Source: Treponemataceae bacterium
GTDB lineage: Bacteria > Spirochaetota > Spirochaetia > Treponematales > Rectinemataceae
DNA: 64,000 nt
NCBI GenBank assembly: GCA_963677895.2
Contig: CAXXGJ010000038.1
Span: 256,001 to 320,000, forward strand
Reading direction: 5' to 3'
A model generated the notes under the pieces. That model was not told the origin of the DNA. It ran no database searches and saw only the letters and a program-made list of their open reading frames with translations. A program made the translations under genes and the position numbers. Every line of letters starts with the position of its first letter. Within the stretch, counting starts at the first letter, position 1. Positions 57,871 through 64,000 of this stretch are shown piece by piece.

Positions 57871-59019
57871 GAATTTTGCCCTTACAAGTTTGCCGGCACC
57901 CTTTCTGCCTATTTCCTGCGCCACCCTGCGCACTTCCTCCGATTTGCCGTTTTGGGGCGCGAAGAGCTGGCCTTGGAGACAGGCGCCTTTCTGGAGCCTG
58001 TGCAGACCAGCGCCTACGAGACGCAGGGGATTTTTTCCGTCCCAATTCCTGTCGAGCAGCATGATCGCGTCGTCGTAGATTTCGTCGGCGGAGGAATAAG
58101 GTTCCGCTTTCGTGCACTGCCGGGAGATCGACGAGAAATCGCCGAAACGAAGCTTGAGGTCCAGCGTGCAGGACCAGGTTCCTTCATCGCACATCCGGGC
58201 CGCCAGATCGTCGGCGAGCATGCGCAGTACGTCGCACACCGCTTCCCTGTCTGTGGTATCCCTCTCGAACGTGCGCTCGCCGCTCATCGACTGCGACTTG
58301 GTCTCGCCCGAAAAAATTCCAGGATCCTCGCCCCTCGCCGCGGCGAAGAGAAATGCCGCGCCGGCCTTTCCGAACTTCGACTCCAGAATGGAAAGCGAGA
58401 TTTCCTGAAGTCCGGCTATCGTGGTAATTCCTATATCCTTCAAGGATTTTCTGGTTTTCTCGCCGGCCCCCCATAATTTTTCCAGAGGGAGCGAACTCAT
58501 GAACTCCATTTCGGAGCCCTCGGGAACAAAGACGAATCCATCGGGTTTCCGGATTCCCGAAGCGATCTTCGCCACATATCGGTTGGCGCTTGCGCCTATC
58601 GAAACGGTCAGCCCCGTTTCATCGAAAATATTTTTCTTTATCGCAGCCGACGCGCTCTCCGGTCCGCCCCATAGGCGTTGGGTTCCCGTCATGTCGAGCA
58701 TGGCTTCGTCTATGGAAATCTGCATGGTGTCGGGAGTGAAACCCGTCAGAATGTTCATTATTTGCCGGGAAACCTCCGAGTATCGCCGCATCCGTACCGG
58801 AAGATAAATGCCTTGGGGACAAAGCTTGAAAGCCTGGGAAATGGGCATGGCGGAATGCAGGCCGAACGCTCTGGCCTCGTAGGAACAGGTCGAAACTACG
58901 CCGCGATGTCCCGGCGCCGCGCCGACTATCAGCGGTTTTCCCTTATATTCGGGATGGTCGCATTGCTCCACCGAGGCGAAAAAAGCGTCGAGGTCGACGT
59001 GGAAAAATATATGCTTCAC
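57850..59019 (-). CDS. dinB: DNA polymerase IV
   Basis: HVDLDAFFASVE, CSYEARAFG, SIDEA, KPDG. Confidence 0.95.
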   Translation of the reverse strand: MKHIFFHVDLDAFFASVEQCDHPEYKGKPLIVGAAPGHRGVVSTCSYEARAFGLHSAMPISQAFKLCPQGIYLPVRMRRYSEVSRQIMNILTGFTPDTMQISIDEAMLDMTGTQRLWGGPESASAAIKKNIFDETGLTVSIGASANRYVAKIASGIRKPDGFVFVPEGSEMEFMSSLPLEKLWGAGEKTRKSLKDIGITTIAGLQEISLSILESKFGKAGAAFLFAAARGEDPGIFSGETKSQSMSGERTFERDTTDREAVCDVLRMLADDLAARMCDEGTWSCTLDLKLRFGDFSSISRQCTKAEPYSSADEIYDDAIMLLDRNWDGKNPLRLVGAGLHRLQKGACLQGQLFAPQNGKSEEVRRVAQEIGRKGAGKLVRAKFLPGKPH

Positions 59020-59095
59020 GCAAATATCATGTACCCGACGAAGCTGTTTAAGTCAATGGCGAAGGGCTGGATCGCATAACGCCATCCGCGCTTTC

Positions 59096-59124
59096 TTGAC
59101 ATAGAGCTTTCTTTCTATTAGTTT
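59096..59124 (+). promoter_or_regulatory. Sigma70-type promoter of ppdK
   Basis: TTGACA-17-TAGTTT. Confidence 0.6.
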
Positions 59125-59209
59125 ACTCCAGTGTGATTTGAACTAAGCAAATCGCTTTTCATGCGAAGCATTGCTTCGCGATTCATTTTCCTTTCGGAGG
59201 ATATGCCTA

Positions 59210-62200
59210 ATGGCTAAAAAGAAATTCGTGTACGCGTTTGGAAGCGGTATCGCAGAGGGCGCCGGAATGAGCAAAGACATTCTCGGCGGCAAAGGCGCCG
59301 GACTCATGGAGATGACCAAGATCGGTCTTCCCGTTCCCGCCGGCTTTACGATCAGCATTCCCTCCTGTGAGGAGTATTTCAAGGCCGGACGCAAACTCCC
59401 GAAGGCGATCGTCGACGAAGTGAAAACCGCCGTCATAAAGCTGGAAAAAATGGTCGGCAAGAAACTCGGCGATTCCAAGGATCCCCTCCTCGTCTCCGTC
59501 CGCTCAGGCGCGGCGCGCTCCATGCCCGGCATGCTCGAGACTATCCTCAACCTCGGCCTCAACGACGAATCCGTTCAGGGTCTCGCCGCCGTCACGAATA
59601 ATCCCCGTTTCGCCTACGACAGCTACCGCCGCTTCATCCAGATGTATTCCACCACGGCCATGGGGCTTTCCAAAGAGCCTATGGAAGAAATGCTAAGCGA
59701 GATGAAGAGCAAGCTCGGATTCAAGAACGACACCGAACTCAGCGCCGACAACCTCAAGGAACTCTGCGAGGAATTCAAGGCGTTTTATAAGAAAAACAAG
59801 AAAGATGATTTCCCGCAGGATCCGATGGAACAGCTCTGGGGCGCCATCGACGCCGTCTTCAATTCATGGGAAGCGGACAAGTCCGTAACCTACCGCCGCG
59901 TCGAGAAAATCACCGACCTCAAGGGCACCGCCGTGAACGTCGTGCAGATGGTGTTCGGCAACAAAGGCGACAACTCCGGCACCGGCGTATGCTTTACCCG
60001 CGACCCCAACTCCGGCGAGAACGTTTTCTACGGTGACTGCCTCATCAACGCCCAGGGCGAAGATGTCGTCGCGGGAATCCGCACGCCCATGAAGCTCGCC
60101 GAACTCGGCACCAAGCTTCCCAAGGCTTACAAACAGCTACTCAAGGTCCGTAAGACCCTCGAGAAGAACTTCAAGGAAATGCAGGACCTCGAGTTCACGA
60201 TTGAGGACGAGAAGCTCTACATGCTTCAGTGCCGCACCGGCAAGCGCCTTCCCTCCGCGGCCTTCAAGATCGCGGTGGATATGGTCAACGAAGGACTCAT
60301 CACAAAGGCGGAAGCCATTTCCCGCATAAGCCCCGAGCAGATCGAGGGCGTCTTCTATCCCATCATCGACGTCGCCGCCACCGGCGCCGCCAGGCTCAAG
60401 GAACTGAAGCTCGCCACGGGCATCGACGCCGTCCCCGGCGCCGCCGCGGGCAAGCTCGTGTTCAACGCCGCCGACGCCGAAGCCATGGCTCTGGCCGGCG
60501 AGAAGACCATTCTCATCCGCCGCGAAACCAGCCCCGAAGACGTCGGCGGCATGTTCGCCGCCCAGGGCATCCTCACCGCGACTGGCGGCAAGACATCCCA
60601 CGCGGCCGTCGTGGCCCGCGGATGGGGCAAGTGCTGCATCGTCGGCTGCGAAGCCCTCGATATCGACGAGAAGGCCAAGACCGTAAAAGTCGGCGGCAAG
60701 ATTCTCAAACAGGGCGATGAAGTGACCATCAACGGCACCACCGGCGACGTATTCATCAGCGCTCTCCCCCTGAAAAAGCCCGAACAGACCAAGGAATTCA
60801 AGACGCTGCTTGGCTGGTGCGACGAAATTCGCACCCTCAAGGTCCGCACCAACGCGGACACGCCCCACGACGCTCAGAAGGCTGTCGAGCTCGGCGCCGA
60901 AGGCATCGGCCTCTGCCGCACCGAACACATGTTCTTCAAGGATTTCAAAGTCCCCGCCAATTCGGAAAAGCGCCAGCTCGCCATCCAGGAAATGATCATC
61001 GCCGACGATGTCGAAACCCGCAAGAAGGCGCTCGCCAAGCTCCTTCCCTTCCAGCAGGGCGATTTCGAGGGCATCTTCGAGGCCATGAACGGCAAGCCCG
61101 TCACCATCCGCCTCATCGATCCTCCCCTTCACGAGTTCACGCCCAAAGATGACGCGGGCGTCGACAAGCTCGCCAAGATCACCGGCAAGACCCCCGAATT
61201 CATAAGGATGCGCTGCGACCAGCTCCATGAGTCCAACCCCATGCTCGGCCACCGCGGATGCCGCCTCTGCATCACCTATCCCGAGATTCTCGACATGCAG
61301 GTGACCGCCATCATCCAGGCCGCCGTCAACATGGAGAAGAAGGGCATCAAAGTGCTCCCCGAGATCATGATCCCCCTCACCATCGACAAGAAAGAGTTCA
61401 AGATCCTCGCCGATCAGACGAGGGGCGTGGCCGATCCCATCATCGCCAAGGCAAAATCCAAGATCACCTACATGGTCGGCACGATGATCGAGATTCCCCG
61501 CGCCGCCCTCCTCGCCGACGAGATCGCCGAGGAAGCGGAATTCTTCTCCTTCGGGACGAACGACCTCACCCAGATGACCTTAGGCCTCTCGCGCGACGAC
61601 GCCGGCCGATTCCTCCCCGATTATGTTAAGGCCGAGAAAGAAGGCGGAAAAGAGATCTTCGCGAACGATCCTTTCGTAAGCATCGACCAGGCAGGCGTGG
61701 GCAAGCTCGTGAAAATGGGCATAGCCGGCGGCCGCTCGACGCGCAAGAATCTCAAGGTTGGCATCTGCGGAGAACACGGCGGCGAAGCCAAATCCGTCAA
61801 GTTCTGCCACGCCGCGGGAATGAACTACGTTTCCTGCTCGCCTTTCCGCGTGCCTATCGCCCGCCTAGCGGCCGCCCAGGCCGTGATCGAGGAAAAAGCC
61901 GCTGCCAAGGCCGTCAAGACTGTAAAAGCGCCGGCTAAAAAGGCAAGCTCCGCCGCCAAAAAAGTCGCCGTGAAAGCGGCCGACGTCAAGGCAAAACGCG
62001 GCAGACCGGCCGCCAAAGCCGAAAAAGCCATGGCCCCGGCCAAGGCATCGAAAACCCTCAAGGCAGCCAAAGTCTCCAAGACCGGCGCAAAACCGGCGGC
62101 GAAAGCCCCCGCCAAGAAAGCCATTGCCAAGAAAGCCGCTGTCCGAAAAACCCCCGTCAAAGCGGCGGTTAACGAGGTTAAATCGACTCGAGGAAGAAAG

Positions 62201-62404
62201 CCGACTGCAGTAAAAGCGCTGTCGACCAAGACGCCCGCCGTCAAGAAGACGGTCAAGACCGCCGCCAAGGCCGCAGTCAAGACCGCTGTGAAAACAGCAG
62301 CCAAAACTCCGGCTAAAGCAGCCGCGAAGACCAAGAAAACCGCGGCGGCGGTTTCCACGAAACGCCATGTTGGCAGGCCCAAGGGAACGTCCAAGAAATC
62401 ATGA
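59210..62404 (+). CDS. ppdK: Pyruvate, phosphate dikinase with a long basic C-terminal tail
   Basis: LGGKGAGL, LLVSVRSGA, catalytic His in GGKTSHAAVVAR, GIGLCRTEHMF, FSFGTNDLTQ, GICGEHGG; GGAGG before ATG 59210. Confidence 0.97.
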   Translation: MAKKKFVYAFGSGIAEGAGMSKDILGGKGAGLMEMTKIGLPVPAGFTISIPSCEEYFKAGRKLPKAIVDEVKTAVIKLEKMVGKKLGDSKDPLLVSVRSGAARSMPGMLETILNLGLNDESVQGLAAVTNNPRFAYDSYRRFIQMYSTTAMGLSKEPMEEMLSEMKSKLGFKNDTELSADNLKELCEEFKAFYKKNKKDDFPQDPMEQLWGAIDAVFNSWEADKSVTYRRVEKITDLKGTAVNVVQMVFGNKGDNSGTGVCFTRDPNSGENVFYGDCLINAQGEDVVAGIRTPMKLAELGTKLPKAYKQLLKVRKTLEKNFKEMQDLEFTIEDEKLYMLQCRTGKRLPSAAFKIAVDMVNEGLITKAEAISRISPEQIEGVFYPIIDVAATGAARLKELKLATGIDAVPGAAAGKLVFNAADAEAMALAGEKTILIRRETSPEDVGGMFAAQGILTATGGKTSHAAVVARGWGKCCIVGCEALDIDEKAKTVKVGGKILKQGDEVTINGTTGDVFISALPLKKPEQTKEFKTLLGWCDEIRTLKVRTNADTPHDAQKAVELGAEGIGLCRTEHMFFKDFKVPANSEKRQLAIQEMIIADDVETRKKALAKLLPFQQGDFEGIFEAMNGKPVTIRLIDPPLHEFTPKDDAGVDKLAKITGKTPEFIRMRCDQLHESNPMLGHRGCRLCITYPEILDMQVTAIIQAAVNMEKKGIKVLPEIMIPLTIDKKEFKILADQTRGVADPIIAKAKSKITYMVGTMIEIPRAALLADEIAEEAEFFSFGTNDLTQMTLGLSRDDAGRFLPDYVKAEKEGGKEIFANDPFVSIDQAGVGKLVKMGIAGGRSTRKNLKVGICGEHGGEAKSVKFCHAAGMNYVSCSPFRVPIARLAAAQAVIEEKAAAKAVKTVKAPAKKASSAAKKVAVKAADVKAKRGRPAAKAEKAMAPAKASKTLKAAKVSKTGAKPAAKAPAKKAIAKKAAVRKTPVKAAVNEVKSTRGRKPTAVKALSTKTPAVKKTVKTAAKAAVKTAVKTAAKTPAKAAAKTKKTAAAVSTKRHVGRPKGTSKKS

Positions 62405-62429
62405 GGCTTGATGGCTCCATGTAGAAACT

Positions 62430-62466
62430 AAAAAAGGGTTGTCCGGAAACGGACAACCCTTTTTTT
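62430..62466. terminator. Bidirectional intrinsic terminator between ppdK and dtd
   Basis: AAAAAAGGGTTGTCCG-GAAA-CGGACAACCCTTTTTTT. Confidence 0.92.
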
Positions 62467-62495
62467 ATTCCGGCGACCTCGCCTCGGCAATTTTC

Positions 62496-62957
62496 CTAAA
62501 AAAGTTTTTTGGAATCGAGGAGGATAGTGATGGGGCCCTCGTTCACGTAGGCGACGCGCATGATTTCCCCGAAGCGGCCTGTCTCGACACGGATTCCCCC
62601 GGCCGAGAGCGATCGGCAAAAATGTTCATAGAGGCTGAAAGCCGCATCGTTTCCGGCCGCGTCGGAGTAAGACGGCCGCCTTCCCTTCCTCGCGTCCGCA
62701 TAGAGGGTGAACTGGGAAACCGCTAAAACCCCATAGCCGAGATCGACGAGGGATAGATTCATTTTTTCCTCATCGTCCATGAATATCCGGAGATGGGCGA
62801 CCTTGTCCGCCAGGTATTCGGCGTCCGTTTCGGAATCGTCCTTGCCCACGCCCAGATACACAAGAAGCCCCTGATCGATGGCTCCGGCGATAGCGACGTT
62901 ATCGGCCTCCCCTATTGTCACGCTCGCCGAGGATACTCTCTGTACGACGGCTCTCAT
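62496..62957 (-). CDS. dtd: D-aminoacyl-tRNA deacylase
   Basis: MRAVVQRV, SQFTLYAD, KGRRPS, NEGPIT; start set at ATG 62957. Confidence 0.96.
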   Translation of the reverse strand: MRAVVQRVSSASVTIGEADNVAIAGAIDQGLLVYLGVGKDDSETDAEYLADKVAHLRIFMDDEEKMNLSLVDLGYGVLAVSQFTLYADARKGRRPSYSDAAGNDAAFSLYEHFCRSLSAGGIRVETGRFGEIMRVAYVNEGPITILLDSKKLF

Positions 62958-63015
62958 CGCTTCGCCCTCTTGGGGAAAGCTTTCGACGCCTTCGCGTTCA
63001 CGATCGGGACGAGAC

Positions 63016-63690
63016 TCAACAGACGGCCCCCTTCCTGTATGCGTTCCGCATGTCGCGGACGACGGAATCCCTGTCTTCGGCATTGAAAAACGCCGAGCCG
63101 ACGACAAGCACCTCGGGACCGGCCTCTGCGACTTCGGCGATGGTCGAAGGGCCTATGCCGCCATCGGCCGAGATCAGGAACTCCAGCTTCATGGAAGAAC
63201 GCATGTCCTTCAGGCGCTTGATTTTCTCCAGGCAGAAAGGAAGGAGCTTCTGTCCCCCATATCCCGGATTAACCGTCATGATGAGGACAAGATCGACGAA
63301 AGGAAGCAGTTCGACAATGGACGACAGCGGGGTGGAGGGAACGATCGAAAGACCTGCCTTTTTTCCGCACTCCCGAATGGTCTGGATCGCGCGATGCGCA
63401 TGGACGCATGCCTCCGCGTGGAAGGTAATGATGTCGGCGCCGGCTTCGGCGAATTCCGTAATCATCCGTTCCGGCTCTTCCGTCATGAGATGAACATCGA
63501 GGGGGAGCGTTGTTCGGGCGCGGATATCCGATACCATCTTCGCGCCGAAGGTGATGGGCGGCACAAAACGCCCATCCATTACGTCCAGGTGAATCCAGTC
63601 CGCTCCGGAACGCCTCACGGCTTCAAGGCCGGAAGAAATGTCCGTAAAATCGGCGGAAAGGATGGAGGGAGCGATCAAAGGAAAATTCAT
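63016..63690 (-). CDS. rpe: Ribulose-phosphate 3-epimerase
   Basis: IAPSILSADF, HLDVMDGRFVP, DVHLM, MTVNPGYGGQ, DGGI. Confidence 0.97.
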   Translation of the reverse strand: MNFPLIAPSILSADFTDISSGLEAVRRSGADWIHLDVMDGRFVPPITFGAKMVSDIRARTTLPLDVHLMTEEPERMITEFAEAGADIITFHAEACVHAHRAIQTIRECGKKAGLSIVPSTPLSSIVELLPFVDLVLIMTVNPGYGGQKLLPFCLEKIKRLKDMRSSMKLEFLISADGGIGPSTIAEVAEAGPEVLVVGSAFFNAEDRDSVVRDMRNAYRKGAVC

Positions 63691-63847
63691 ATCTGAATAG
63701 TAACATCATGGCCCGCAATTTTCCACCGGTTTTCTTTCCGTGAATTCATCCATCCTTCAACGAAAGCACGAAATCCTATCAACGATTGACTCTTTCCGCA
63801 ACGATGGGTTAGTATGAAAAGATAGTGATGTTCGGAACTGGATGTAC

Positions 63848-64000
63848 ATGGTAAATCTAGATCGCGTCCCTTCGCTTCTGGCACTGGGATATGAATGCCT
63901 CAAGAACGCCGATCTCGGCAACGCTTCACGATTTTTCGACGAAGCGCTTTATGAGGATTTTGACAACGGCGAGGTCCTTTTTTCCATGAAGTGCGCCCAG
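63848..64000 (+). CDS. Hypothetical protein, N-terminal fragment (helical/TPR-like, runs off the window)
   Basis: Open frame MVNLDRVPSLLALGYECLKNADLGNASRFFDEALYEDFDNGEVLFSMKCAQ..., divergent from rpe, with TTGACT upstream. Confidence 0.6.
   Translation, partial: MVNLDRVPSLLALGYECLKNADLGNASRFFDEALYEDFDNGEVLFSMKCAQ

Noticed and set aside
59020..59060. LexA/SOS box upstream of dinB
   Set aside because: No match to the CTGT-N8-ACAG or GAAC-N4-GTTC consensus that I could support.
7533..61252. Many long antisense ORFs (e.g. 8137-9516, 18510-19751, 27056-28486, 41412-42905, 45373-46701, 49088-50422, 55324-56616, 60137-61252)
   Set aside because: They mirror well-conserved genes, show no recognisable motifs, and are expected from high GC3 codon bias.

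Overview
A GC-rich (by eye about 55-60%) chromosomal segment from a free-living Spirochaetales-type bacterium. The taxonomy is inferred from Treponema-like gene orders: ispE-spoVG-tRNA-rplY-tilS-ftsH, rplU-rpmA-obg-nadD-yqeK-LCP-rsfS, a V-ATPase operon in the order E-DUF2764-A-B-D-I-K, and a FemX-type gene. Bases 1-31.3 kb and 51.8-64 kb are mostly housekeeping (ftsH, tilS, rplY, ispE, obg, argS, ligA, mfd, ispG, V-ATPase, metG, dinB, ppdK, dtd, rpe, tRNA-Gln, tRNA-Gly). An accessory-looking block follows tRNA-Gly (31.5-51.8 kb): a Crp/Fnr regulator with a membrane protein, an RNB-perhydrolase-SOD-bacterioferritin-WrbA stress cluster, a GGT/TRAP/deacylase cluster, a sigma54-driven MacAB-TolC-like exporter with a two-component system, a MATE pump and a second sigma54 activator. 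I saw no integrase, transposase, CRISPR array or rRNA. The most notable observations are: (1) PPDK fused to a ~170-aa histone-H1-like tail with AT-hook-like motifs; (2) a LoaP-type antiterminator translationally coupled to a xanthine-dehydrogenase-like complex with degenerate Moco motifs; (3) a stand-alone, extremely acidic, probably disordered protein; (4) an L27 whose N-terminal arm is 5 residues short, with no prp gene; (5) a recurring leaderless promoter layout; (6) a readable sigma54 promoter with tandem enhancer palindromes; (7) a 48-aa membrane microprotein missed by the ORF track. All functional calls come from motif recognition by eye; no database search was run.
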